A stretch of DNA of 64,000 nt from a phage. The first letter of the stretch is position 1. Every line of letters starts with the position of its first letter. The stretch lies in NCBI GenBank assembly GCA_025611195.1, contig GCA_025611195.1_4718.2; one strand, written 5' to 3'. The position numbers and the translations under genes were made by a program. Under the pieces are notes generated by a model. That model was not told the DNA's origin. It worked only from the letters and a program-made list of their open reading frames with translations, and did no database searches. Positions 19,111 to 28,714 of this stretch are shown piece after piece.

Positions 19111-20685
19111 TTACAATTCAAAATCTTCATCGATAACGCGCTGGGTAAGCACTTTGTCGCTGAAGAACTCCACCTTGCGCTGATGGTATTTACGATGCGC
19201 TTCGATAGAAGTACATACCAGATACCAGAAGGTTGGCGTCATTCCTTCAAACTTCCCTTTCAGCTGACGCAGTCGCCCCAACACCTGAATGTTACCGGTT
19301 CGTGACCCCATCGCTAACGTCATGAACGCCATCACCAAGTCAGGAAGGTCGATACCCGTACCTGCCGATTTCACCGTCGTAACGCTAATATCGTTATCCA
19401 ACAAGACCATGAAATCTTCTTCAGCCGTATAAGGACCGATCTCTAACTCAGGAATACGTTCACTAAGGTAATGCGACAACGACTTACACATATCGACGGT
19501 TGCACAATACACCAGCATCTTCATACCTTCCTGATACTGGTTCATGAAACCTTTGATGATAACCGTATAGATGAAGTTAAAATACGCGAGTTTGAGTTGC
19601 TTGTTCTTCATGATAGACTGTTCGAATATCGTGTGAGAATAAGAACCCCCAAACCCTTTATATCTGACTTTATCTGTACTGCGTAGTCGATACGTCACGG
19701 CATTTACCGCAATGTATTTCTTGTATTCGCCTTTCGCATAACGGGCTTCTTTCGGATACATCAAATACAACATCCGCTCGATGAACGGATCATCGGACAC
19801 CGCCGTTGCTGACAGATAGATGATTTCCGGAATACTAGCGTAACACTTGACCTTAAACAAGAAATGCAATGCTTCATGGCACTCGTCATGAATCAGAAGG
19901 CCTATGCCGGTCTTTTCCCAAAACTCAGCGGGATGGAAGGCATATGGCGCAACGCAGTTATTCTTCTCGTAGTCCGCAATATAACGTTGGAACATGTTCA
20001 AGGAGAACAATGCGATTTTGAAGTCGAGTTCGCCTTGTTCAACCAAGGTTTGAAACTCCAACATACTGTAACGAGGAATGTCAGGATGCGGTGGATCCTC
20101 CTTAGCGTTCCCGCGTATCTCGATAACATCCCCTGGTTCCATCCCGAAGAAGTTCAGTAGTGAGCTTCGCCAACCTGGCATGTATCTCGGCGACAGAATG
20201 ATACCCGTCCGCACACCGCGTCGGAAGGTAATCTCCTGCGACATGGCCGTTTTTCCCGACCCCGTTTGAGCGGTGTTTAGGCTCATTCTGAAGGGGGTAT
20301 CCTTACCCCCGTCCATGTACTCCAACCATTCTTGCTGATCTTCACGCCATGGGAACTTCCATTTCTTTACGAACTCCACTTCTTTACCTGGTGCCGGATC
20401 GTGGTAAACGATTTCCAACCACTCTTTTCGTATCCCTCGGGAAAAGATAAAATCCAAAAACGATTTCAACTGTTCGCGGAGTAAGTATACCTCACTATAA
20501 TCGCTTCTTGCCGCGGCATACGTGTTTATGGTATCGGTAACCATTCTCCGTGTACGAGGGTCGCGCCGTTTCCTCAGATGCAAACAACGGTCTCGAAGGT
20601 AATGGCCGATAAGATGGGCAAATCGAAGTCCGTATCCGCTCAGCCTCATGCCGTGCGAGAAGACATCGATACGAGCTAACTTCAT
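19111..20685 (-). CDS. DExH-box SF2 helicase
   Basis: Motif I AQTGSGKT, motif II LLIHDECHEA, motif III LSATAV, motif V TVKSAGTGIDLPD, motif VI QVLGRLRQ; start overlaps stop of beta-prime-like gene (ATGA). Confidence 0.7.
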   Translation of the reverse strand: MKLARIDVFSHGMRLSGYGLRFAHLIGHYLRDRCLHLRKRRDPRTRRMVTDTINTYAAARSDYSEVYLLREQLKSFLDFIFSRGIRKEWLEIVYHDPAPGKEVEFVKKWKFPWREDQQEWLEYMDGGKDTPFRMSLNTAQTGSGKTAMSQEITFRRGVRTGIILSPRYMPGWRSSLLNFFGMEPGDVIEIRGNAKEDPPHPDIPRYSMLEFQTLVEQGELDFKIALFSLNMFQRYIADYEKNNCVAPYAFHPAEFWEKTGIGLLIHDECHEALHFLFKVKCYASIPEIIYLSATAVSDDPFIERMLYLMYPKEARYAKGEYKKYIAVNAVTYRLRSTDKVRYKGFGGSYSHTIFEQSIMKNKQLKLAYFNFIYTVIIKGFMNQYQEGMKMLVYCATVDMCKSLSHYLSERIPELEIGPYTAEEDFMVLLDNDISVTTVKSAGTGIDLPDLVMAFMTLAMGSRTGNIQVLGRLRQLKGKFEGMTPTFWYLVCTSIEAHRKYHQRKVEFFSDKVLTQRVIDEDFEL

Positions 20686-22688
20686 AACGTGAATACATCC
20701 TCCGGTTTAGGTTCTTTGCGCGGTAAAAGCATGTAGTCGATCGGATGATCCGGCTTCATGGTTGGGATATAACTGTTCGGGTTTTGGAACGCATCCAGTT
20801 GCTCTTGGTGAGCGAACTTCATACTCAAGGAGCGCATGTTCATGTTCTTCTTGAAGGTGCTGAAGTATCGTGTTGTTCCCTGTTTCGGCATGCGATAATC
20901 TTTCGTGTGTGGCGAACGAATCATGCTGGCGTAGAGAATAACATCGAGATGCGAAAGGTTCATTCGCAGACGCTGTGCGCACAAGCGATGCCAATAGTAC
21001 AGCACGTTTGCAACTTCTTCCGGTGTTGCTTCGTCTTCCGAGAGGAACCCGGCACTGAAAGAACCTTTCCCGAATTTGAACTCACGTTCGATTTCTTTTG
21101 CGTATTCCATCATGTTTTTGTGGATTAACGGCATCTGGAATAACGTACGTGAATTGTCCCAATGTTTCAAGTCGAAAATCACAATCCCGTCAGACGTCAC
21201 TTCCCAGCTATGGCGTTTAAGATAACGGATAAACGCTTTACTCGGTACAACAGGACGTCCGCAGAAATCGAAATTGACTTTGAGCTTACGATAGCTTTCA
21301 TCTTTCCTGTCGTAAATCTCCATATCGCAAAGCGTCATGTTAAACAGACGCTGTGGTATCAGCGAACTGATTTCTTCCGCTTCGGCTACATCGTACAACA
21401 TGTTCGCAAGACCTAACTTCATCTTAATCAGCACGTGTTTACCTTTCAGCTCACGTGCGAGTTTGATGTCGTTCATGTTCTGGCTGTAACGAAGGATATG
21501 TTGATATTCCGGTGGGATTGGTGCTGTAGAGACCGTTGACGAACCGTCGTGGTGTTTGGTAGAAAGAATGTTCTGCGTTACCTGTTGCGAGCAGGTACGC
21601 GCTGCGCCATCGCCGACATTATCGGTTAATGCGAAGTTATGACTTAATTCACCATAACACGTTGTGCATACCCCAGCAGGATCGGGATGATGACAATAGT
21701 TAACGGAGCGCATACGCACTGTGGTGCCGATCAATTCTTTCATATGTGGTTGTATCGCTACCAACGAACCGTCATCACGAATAATGAATCGGCCGTGGAA
21801 GCCACGCAGGTCGGTCTCATCACGGATTGGCATCGGGATGGTCTCTCTACTACCACAATCACCAGGATGTAGTCGTTGCACAACCGCTGTCGCTATCTGA
21901 AGTTCACGACCGAAATATTCAGACTTTTTAATCTGCTCTTTGTTGAACAGCAACGATTTCGCCGCAGAACGACTTTCTTTCAAGCTGTCGGGAAGAGAGA
22001 TCAAACCTGACGCGTACGACCGCATTACTGGATCACGGAATATCTCGGAGTTAATATCGGTCAAGAATCCACGCATCCCAATACACTGCAGCACCTGCCC
22101 AATCGAAACGTGTTCGGTTCTTACCGCACGTGCAATAGGGTTTGCATGTAATGTTTTATCGGTGCTCAGTACCTTTGTCAGTTTCTTGTATGCGCTTTCG
22201 ATACCTTCGCGGGTGGGTTCCGCTTCAGCGATGATTTTCTTAACTTCGGGGTGTACGGTAATCTGATAAAAATCATCCGCACAAATAGTTGTTACGTATT
22301 CCTCCAACGCATACGTAAAGAAGTTATACACGTTGTTAAACATATCGAACAGTGCTTTCCAGAGAACCTCACGATTCTCTTGTGGGTAAGCATACATGCA
22401 TTGACGATACGCTGCGCTTTGCAACGCTACCGATGAACCCGCTGTAAACTTACGTTTATCAACCAGGTTCTCTTTTGTCAATGGTGTCTCAGGATACATG
22501 CGATGTACAGACCAGTGCATGTAACTAAAGAAAATGCGTCGCGCACGTAATTCATGAACGCCATCGTCCATCTCGATATATACACGGTCATTAGGCTGTG
22601 CCCACTCGAATACCTCATCAACCGGCCAGTGCATAAGCTCGCGTGCCCTCACACGACGTTTCGTGGTGGTCGTCTGTGTTGTAGTCAT
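20682..22688 (-). CDS. RNA polymerase beta-prime subunit, C-terminal portion (split multisubunit RNAP)
   Basis: QVLQCIGMRGF aligns with beta-prime AGMRGLMA region; VRMRSVNYCHHPDPAGVCTTCYG...TQNILSTKHHDG aligns with E. coli [21 protein letters not shown]...TQLTMRTFHIGG. Confidence 0.65.
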   Translation of the reverse strand: MTTTQTTTTKRRVRARELMHWPVDEVFEWAQPNDRVYIEMDDGVHELRARRIFFSYMHWSVHRMYPETPLTKENLVDKRKFTAGSSVALQSAAYRQCMYAYPQENREVLWKALFDMFNNVYNFFTYALEEYVTTICADDFYQITVHPEVKKIIAEAEPTREGIESAYKKLTKVLSTDKTLHANPIARAVRTEHVSIGQVLQCIGMRGFLTDINSEIFRDPVMRSYASGLISLPDSLKESRSAAKSLLFNKEQIKKSEYFGRELQIATAVVQRLHPGDCGSRETIPMPIRDETDLRGFHGRFIIRDDGSLVAIQPHMKELIGTTVRMRSVNYCHHPDPAGVCTTCYGELSHNFALTDNVGDGAARTCSQQVTQNILSTKHHDGSSTVSTAPIPPEYQHILRYSQNMNDIKLARELKGKHVLIKMKLGLANMLYDVAEAEEISSLIPQRLFNMTLCDMEIYDRKDESYRKLKVNFDFCGRPVVPSKAFIRYLKRHSWEVTSDGIVIFDLKHWDNSRTLFQMPLIHKNMMEYAKEIEREFKFGKGSFSAGFLSEDEATPEEVANVLYYWHRLCAQRLRMNLSHLDVILYASMIRSPHTKDYRMPKQGTTRYFSTFKKNMNMRSLSMKFAHQEQLDAFQNPNSYIPTMKPDHPIDYMLLPRKEPKPEDVFTL

Positions 22689-22833
22689 TATTGCTTTCCG
22701 ATTTAAATGGTTTTATCATACGGTTTACCAAATCCGTTGGACTTTACTATCGTTGTGATAGCATCGGGAATCCCTTCCCTTAGGTTATGTAGGTGTTAAT
22801 ATATCTCCACTGCTGTCGTAAAGGTCAGCAGCA

Positions 22834-23319
22834 TTATCCAGCTTCCTGTTGTATAGCGTATGGATCCATAGCGTCTGACATATTCGCAAAAACGGTGAGA
22901 ATAAACCCCTTTATCTGTCTCACCTCGGTTACACGAAGCCCTTTATCATTACGGTATACGTTTTCTTCACCAACCAACTTCGGCCTGATAGCATAAACCC
23001 CATCAACAAACGGGAATGTCGGATACGGATAAATACCGATACGAATGATGTTTGGATGATCGCCTAGAAGGTCACGCCCAAATGTATCTACTCTACCGTA
23101 AACCGTTCCATCCACACCCTCCACTTCAATGAGATCATTTCGAATATCCTGAAATAGCTGCTCTAATGTGTCGGCGGGGTACGTATATGCGACACCTAAC
23201 GCTGGGTCCTCAATGGTTTTGACACTGAATCCGTTAAGCCAAACAATCTGTTCATCCGCCCATGTTTCTTCATATACCGTTAATCCATCGCCGTATATGT
23301 TGGCGCGTGCTATCTCCAT
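22834..23319 (-). CDS. hypothetical protein (161 aa)
   Basis: ORF track; ATG at 23319 with AAGAGGAAA RBS. Confidence 0.5.
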   Translation of the reverse strand: MEIARANIYGDGLTVYEETWADEQIVWLNGFSVKTIEDPALGVAYTYPADTLEQLFQDIRNDLIEVEGVDGTVYGRVDTFGRDLLGDHPNIIRIGIYPYPTFPFVDGVYAIRPKLVGEENVYRNDKGLRVTEVRQIKGFILTVFANMSDAMDPYAIQQEAG

Positions 23320-23433
23320 AATCTCATTTCCTCTTATACGTTCGGATAGATGACATGTTGGATATACGTTGCCTTTGCATATATTGCTTTATTTCCGTCA
23401 GAAATAACGGAAAATAAAAACAACGACATAGTT

Positions 23434-23463
23434 CCCTCCCACCTCCACATGGGAGAGGGAGGG
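23434..23463 (-). terminator. CCCTCCC / GGGAGGG hairpin
   Basis: 7-bp stem (extendable with mismatches), downstream of the stop at 23477. Confidence 0.5.
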
Positions 23464-23476
23464 CTATTCGTGTTTA

Positions 23477-23842
23477 TTACTCTATGCTGTCTTCTTCAAC
23501 ACAATCCTCTTCGGAACCGTCGAACGTTTTCTGCACCGCAGTGGTATCCCAGTTGGCAGCGTAATCAGCCATCGCTTCGCGCAACGCTTCTTCACCAGCA
23601 TCGCCAGCCAGATCAAGCACAACCAAACCTTGCGCGACGTTTTGAGCGACAGTATCAATAACGGTTGCATCTTCTTCAAAACTACGTACCGGTTCAATGG
23701 TGCCTACATCAACAGCATAGTTCGTGGTCGCTGTAAGCACGGCGACTTGTAGTGCATCGCTATTATCATCATCATGCAGTGCTGCTTCAATACCGATTGG
23801 ACGGGCCAGTTCTTGCAGTGTTAATTTGCGAATTAAGTTCAT
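23477..23842 (-). CDS. small acidic protein (121 aa), member of a local 3-gene family
   Basis: Shares LTLQELAR and VLDL.G..G segments with 23866..24216 and 24335..24748. Confidence 0.45.
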   Translation of the reverse strand: MNLIRKLTLQELARPIGIEAALHDDDNSDALQVAVLTATTNYAVDVGTIEPVRSFEEDATVIDTVAQNVAQGLVVLDLAGDAGEEALREAMADYAANWDTTAVQKTFDGSEEDCVEEDSIE

Positions 23843-23865
23843 TATGTTTTTTCCTCAGGTGAATG

Positions 23866-24216
23866 TTAGCAATCGTTTAAAACTTTTTCGATACGATGGT
23901 TGACGAGTTCATTGAACGACTCTTCAACTTGTTCGATAATTTCATCAACGTCGATATCTAATTGTTGGGGTTGGATAACATGCTCTTTCATGGTTTCTAA
24001 CCAGTATTCGGCTTTAACCATAACGTTAGCTACTTGTTCGACCTGGCTGCGTATGTCGACGATCTGGCAGTCAGGATTTTTAATATCGATGATGTGTCCG
24101 TGCTGATTGATAAAGCCTAGTTTATTCGACGCCTTTACCGCATCGCGGGCAAGTTCTTGCAAGATTAAATTATTTACGTAGTTCACTGCTACGGAACGAT
24201 TTTCTTTATCACTCAT
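23866..24216 (-). CDS. small acidic protein (117 aa), member of a local 3-gene family
   Basis: Start moved from 24381 to ATG at 24216 (MSDKENR) with AAGAGGA RBS; the longer ORF would read through the hairpin at 24295-24323. Confidence 0.45.
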   Translation of the reverse strand: MSDKENRSVAVNYVNNLILQELARDAVKASNKLGFINQHGHIIDIKNPDCQIVDIRSQVEQVANVMVKAEYWLETMKEHVIQPQQLDIDVDEIIEQVEESFNELVNHRIEKVLNDC

Positions 24217-24294
24217 ACCAGGGATCCTCTTTAAGTCTTCACATTCTAGTGTTAAGCAGTTAAAATAAACCGTCCCTTTAATCAGCATAAACAT

Positions 24295-24323
24295 CCTCCT
24301 CCTACCATGCGGGCAGGAGGAGG
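24295..24323 (-). terminator. CCTCCTCC / GGAGGAGG hairpin
   Basis: 8-bp inverted repeat between stop of 24335..24748 and start of 23866..24216. Confidence 0.5.
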
Positions 24324-24334
24324 CGTAATATGCA

Positions 24335-24748
24335 TCAGAAAGGTGTGCGATTCTTATATTCGAATAATGTCTGAAGGACACATCGTGTTAACGAGTTTTG
24401 TAATTCGATACGTCCTTGTTCTCCGAACAGATCCAACACCATCATCCCTTTTGCTGTTTTCTCTGCCACTTCTTCACAAATCTGTAAATTGTACATGTCG
24501 TCATTGCCGAGTTCCTTTCGACCGATCGAACTGACACGCATCAACTCACCTTTACTATCGCGAACATCGGAGAATGCATCATAGACCGCATCGATGTTCG
24601 CAGAACGCGTCAAACCCTCCGCTTCGCGCCACTCTCGATATGTACCATCAAGCGTTTGTTCCTCGCCCGAGGTTGTTGATTCGCTGTTGGTGGTTGGGCG
24701 AATTAAATGGGGTGTTATCATCGCGATCACGCTGTCGTAATGGTCCAT
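24335..24748 (-). CDS. small acidic protein (137 aa), member of a local 3-gene family
   Basis: MMVLDLFGEQGRIEL resembles GLVVLDLAGDAGEEAL of 23477..23842. Confidence 0.45.
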   Translation of the reverse strand: MDHYDSVIAMITPHLIRPTTNSESTTSGEEQTLDGTYREWREAEGLTRSANIDAVYDAFSDVRDSKGELMRVSSIGRKELGNDDMYNLQICEEVAEKTAKGMMVLDLFGEQGRIELQNSLTRCVLQTLFEYKNRTPF

Positions 24749-24759
24749 CGTTTACCTCG

Positions 24760-26928
24760 TTAGCTTTCGCAGTCATCTGCGTCGATGATTTGTCCGCCAG
24801 CAACGTTCAGTTGATGATACAGAATCCTCAACGCACGGTTGCCACCAATGGGATACTTCTCGAAGTTGGTCGCAATAGGAATCGCTGACGGCTTATCGGT
24901 CGCATAGATGCTTTCAGTGATGCTATCCACCTGTTTTGGATTGTTCGCATAGTCCATAAAGACGCTCGCAAACCATCCGCCAGCGAAGGCGGTAACTTCG
25001 CGATGTTCAGATTCGCCACAGTAACGAGTCGGTTGCTCTTTACCGGGAGAACTGTATTTATCGCTATTACTGAGTTTCGACGGTAATCCATGCGCTTGCA
25101 ATTTAGGGATACCCACAGCCGACCAATCGTTCGCCGTCTTCTCCAACATCATGATGTACGTGTCACCGATCGCAATATCGTTCTTGGTTGTCCGCCACTG
25201 TCCAGAACGCCCGCGGTACCGTACAGGACCTTTCTTCAACGGGAACTCACGAATCAGATTCTCCATACGTTCTGAACCTGCTGCGATACTGTCCGTCGGG
25301 ATATAAACTTCCGTACCGTGGCGCTGTACGTACCGTAAATGATCCCATTTATCCTCATTCGTGATACAGTATTTTTCAACAACCTGTTCCACGAACTCAG
25401 GACTGACGATATAGTAATAGCGCATCAGTGTGTTCCAGGCGGTCTCCAGATCGCCTGCATCCATCACTGGTTTCAGTTCACGCATGATCTGATCACCAAC
25501 GCCGTTGATGTATGGCGCATTAACACGACTTAAACTCATCCTTTTAATTACCGTGCTATCGTCAAACATAAAGTCCGCAACGTTACCCCATTGGTCAACC
25601 GGCATTTCATCGTCTTCCATGATGTCGGTTACGACGAATTTATCGCCTGCCATACCGGTGAATTTAAACCCGATGCCTGGAACAACGTCATACGTGTATG
25701 TGATGGTCACACGCCAATCATCAAGATTCTCTTTACGGTAATCGCGGGTCGGTAACACATGGCGTAGCTGTCCGTTAGGATTGCGGATATCAATACCGTG
25801 TTCAGCGTCAGCCAGGTTCAACCACCACATCACCGTTTGATGATGACGTATCGGCGTACCAACGCGTTCACGTTCGTACTTACGAACAGCATCCTGAATT
25901 CGGGTGTAAAGCAAACCGATTGCGTTCTCGTATTTCAGGAATTGACGATACGGAGGACGCATCTTCTCTTCCATCATAATCGCGCGCTCGCGGGCTTGAC
26001 GTCCAGAACGACGATGTCGATCGCTGACAACATCGATATCCGTTACACGCGCATTCGGTTCAGCGTAAGTGAGATCATCGTAAACATAATCCACACGCTG
26101 AAGATTACACGTCATCATGTCAACAACGCTGAGGATAGGATCTATTTCGCGTGTTGCTGCAAGTAACCCATCCTTACGAATACGCTCACCGTTCTCGGGT
26201 ATCGCTTGATATACCTCATCATCGCCGTAGAGATTAATTGGATATCGTGATTTACCTGATGTGATCGTTCGCTTCTCAATGCCGGTACTGGTGAAATGCT
26301 TCAATACACCACGACGGGCAACGCCACCATCTTCAATACACTGGTAGAAGCTACCGAAACACACCTTGCAATCGCGACCGTAACCCCACTCACGTGTTTC
26401 TTGATTGATCGCTGGGCTTTCCATCAAACGAGAATATCGCGGTACGATCTGGCCTCGACGAAGGGAATGGAACAAGTTGGTTGGTCGAAAACGGAAACCG
26501 TACTGCTGATGCATGATGTGATGCTCAGGCACTTCAAGCAAGCGTAGCTCGTGACGGTTACCATCCTCTTGGTTTTCGTACAGCACGTAATGCATCGTGT
26601 TTGTTTTGATGCTGTTTGCTGTATGTCCTGGTTGAAACCGTGGAATGATATCTATGATGCGAGATTCAACTGGAAACTCTACTGACCAAGTGTTCTGTCC
26701 GTACTGGTATTCAATCCCCGTCGTTAGTCGGGACGGCTTCGCATCTTTGATAACCAACGCTTGGCTAAGATGTCCACCAAACATCGCAGCGCGCTGTGCT
26801 GAGTTATAATGCAATAGCCCGTTAAGTCCAGTCCCTACGCCAGTATACTCCTGTTTAATGGGAATGATTTTACCTTCAGCGATTGCCTGCTTCACAGATT
26901 CATAAAGAGGTTTTTCTTTATAATGCAT
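24760..26928 (-). CDS. RNA polymerase beta-subunit-like protein (C-terminal catalytic region)
   Basis: GDKFVVTDIMEDDEMPVDQWGNVADFMFDDSTVIKRMSL resembles the beta GDK..RHGNKGV..EDMP..DG.P.D..NP..VPSRM region; start moved to ATG at 26928 (MHYKEKP), since the track ORF overlaps the divergent plus gene. Confidence 0.5.
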   Translation of the reverse strand: MHYKEKPLYESVKQAIAEGKIIPIKQEYTGVGTGLNGLLHYNSAQRAAMFGGHLSQALVIKDAKPSRLTTGIEYQYGQNTWSVEFPVESRIIDIIPRFQPGHTANSIKTNTMHYVLYENQEDGNRHELRLLEVPEHHIMHQQYGFRFRPTNLFHSLRRGQIVPRYSRLMESPAINQETREWGYGRDCKVCFGSFYQCIEDGGVARRGVLKHFTSTGIEKRTITSGKSRYPINLYGDDEVYQAIPENGERIRKDGLLAATREIDPILSVVDMMTCNLQRVDYVYDDLTYAEPNARVTDIDVVSDRHRRSGRQARERAIMMEEKMRPPYRQFLKYENAIGLLYTRIQDAVRKYERERVGTPIRHHQTVMWWLNLADAEHGIDIRNPNGQLRHVLPTRDYRKENLDDWRVTITYTYDVVPGIGFKFTGMAGDKFVVTDIMEDDEMPVDQWGNVADFMFDDSTVIKRMSLSRVNAPYINGVGDQIMRELKPVMDAGDLETAWNTLMRYYYIVSPEFVEQVVEKYCITNEDKWDHLRYVQRHGTEVYIPTDSIAAGSERMENLIREFPLKKGPVRYRGRSGQWRTTKNDIAIGDTYIMMLEKTANDWSAVGIPKLQAHGLPSKLSNSDKYSSPGKEQPTRYCGESEHREVTAFAGGWFASVFMDYANNPKQVDSITESIYATDKPSAIPIATNFEKYPIGGNRALRILYHQLNVAGGQIIDADDCES

Positions 26929-26959
26929 AGGACTTCCTATTATCGAATTGAGGTACGTC

Positions 26960-27313
26960 ATGTCTAACACGCCCCTGAACGACTTTCTTAAGACAAACCC
27001 CGATGACCTCATCCACGATCTTGATTTCAGGAACGTTGTTGAGATGCATCTGGAATATTTCAAAAATGCCGGACTGGTCTCTACGATAGACATACCACCC
27101 GAACGCGCCTACGAATTCGATGGTAACTTTTATGGATTGTGTCGTGTTCTGCTCGGCGAGGGCAGTGAATCAATGCACTGGATCACCATGAGACTCAATG
27201 GTTATCGCGACCCTACGGAATACACGGCCGATGTTCTAACCATGAAGATTGTCGATACAAGCGCAATCAACACATTAAAACAGCAGTACCGCACAATCCA
27301 CTACAGCGCTTAA
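26960..27313 (+). CDS. hypothetical protein (117 aa)
   Basis: ATG at 26960 preceded by GAGGT; followed by a bidirectional hairpin. Confidence 0.4.
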   Translation: MSNTPLNDFLKTNPDDLIHDLDFRNVVEMHLEYFKNAGLVSTIDIPPERAYEFDGNFYGLCRVLLGEGSESMHWITMRLNGYRDPTEYTADVLTMKIVDTSAINTLKQQYRTIHYSA

Positions 27314-27318
27314 GATAA

Positions 27319-27347
27319 CCCTCCCACAGCGTAAAGCGTAGGGAGGG
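27319..27347. terminator. CCCTCCC / GGGAGGG hairpin between convergent genes
   Basis: 7-bp stem with 15-nt loop between plus stop 27313 and minus stop 27379. Confidence 0.55.
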
Positions 27348-27378
27348 CATTTATGCCGTCGTTCGTTGGCTTAGCACA

Positions 27379-28659
27379 TCAGAAACGATTTACAGTACGT
27401 CCTGTCCACGCACTCAGGATGTTGTTACGTTCCATCTCAGCCCGACGACGTAAACCGTTTGGCGACTGCGGTGCTGGCGGCATCCCCCACCCAGCAGGCT
27501 GCATACCCATACCAGGCCAAGCGGTATTATTGAACATCGTGCCGTTACGTTCCGCGACACGATTCATCAACGCATCAAACGTGCTATTACCTGCCGGTTG
27601 GTTACCACCACTTTCCCACTGATTAGGTTGAACAGGTGCGGTTTTACCTAACAGGTTATCAATCACGTTACTTGTTGCAGCAGGACGCGGTTGCATACCT
27701 TCATGTGCAGCTGCTGATGGATTTGGCTTAACCGTCGGCTGCGGACGACTGTTCAGCGTTACACCCATGTTGTATTTCGCTGGTGGAATCTGACCACGAT
27801 GTTGGGTAATCGGCTCAAAATCCTCGACCCAGGTAACATCGCAATAACCGTTCTCTTTACCGTCGTACTTATCACCAAACAGTTTGATGAGATTGTTCAG
27901 CGGTTCCATCAGCTTCGCGAAGCTGTGGATAAGACAATCGAAATAGGGAGCATGAGGATCGCTTGACCCAGCATTATACGTTTCACTTACTTCACCGGAG
28001 TGAGGGATAACGTACTCAACCAGGTTTCTCAGCATGTTAAGATCTTTCTTGGAAATCTCAACACCACACCAGTACGTTTTCTTATCTTTCGTGCTGATGT
28101 GTTCCTCTTCCATGAACGGGAAAGTAACTACCGCAACACGGGTCATCTTCTTACCCATGTAGGTTGCGCCGGTACGACGAAGATAAATTTTAGACAGCGT
28201 ATACGGTGTGTCGCGTTTCAACCAAACGGTAACCAGTTTGCCCAGGGTCGTTAATGTTTTATCGCTGGCGTCCGCAAGGATGTTGAAGAACTCTTTTTGC
28301 TTCGGTCCGAAACGTTTTGCTTCTTTAGGGTTGATTGCGGTTTCAACCATCCAAATCAGCATAGAACACAGCGTGGCGTTAAAACGAACAACCATCGCGC
28401 GACGCAGGAACTGAAGTACTTCCGATTCGCCGTTCATCACGTCTTCACTTAACGGATGGAACAACACGCGTTCAGCTAACTGGTTTCCGGTACGAACTTC
28501 GGGAACCGGCATCAGCAACGGCATGCTTTCCACGGTAGCGGCAACTGCAACAACTTTACCATCCCCATCCGTAAAACGATATTCTAATTCGTGGGCATCA
28601 TTCTCAAAATAGTTAACGCTTTGCAGCGCTTTGCGATAAGCTTCAATAAGCTTCGACAT
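27379..28659 (-). CDS. hypothetical protein (426 aa) with Pro/Gly/Met-rich low-complexity C-terminus
   Basis: ORF track; C-terminal GMGMQPAGWGMPPAPQ low-complexity tail. Confidence 0.5.
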   Translation of the reverse strand: MSKLIEAYRKALQSVNYFENDAHELEYRFTDGDGKVVAVAATVESMPLLMPVPEVRTGNQLAERVLFHPLSEDVMNGESEVLQFLRRAMVVRFNATLCSMLIWMVETAINPKEAKRFGPKQKEFFNILADASDKTLTTLGKLVTVWLKRDTPYTLSKIYLRRTGATYMGKKMTRVAVVTFPFMEEEHISTKDKKTYWCGVEISKKDLNMLRNLVEYVIPHSGEVSETYNAGSSDPHAPYFDCLIHSFAKLMEPLNNLIKLFGDKYDGKENGYCDVTWVEDFEPITQHRGQIPPAKYNMGVTLNSRPQPTVKPNPSAAAHEGMQPRPAATSNVIDNLLGKTAPVQPNQWESGGNQPAGNSTFDALMNRVAERNGTMFNNTAWPGMGMQPAGWGMPPAPQSPNGLRRRAEMERNNILSAWTGRTVNRF

Positions 28660-28687
28660 ATTACGTTTCCTTTTCTTTTACGTCAAC

Positions 28688-28708
28688 GGTCCCCCACAAC
28701 AGGGGACC
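28688..28708 (-). terminator. GGTCCCC-CACAACA-GGGGACC hairpin
   Basis: 7-bp perfect stem, 7-nt loop, just downstream of the stop at 28715. Confidence 0.55.
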
Positions 28709-28714
28709 TATGGA

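Noticed and set aside
23866-24381. Longer version of the ORF starting at 24381
   Set aside because: The extension reads through the 24295..24323 terminator hairpin and overlaps the upstream gene; the internal ATG at 24216 has a proper RBS.
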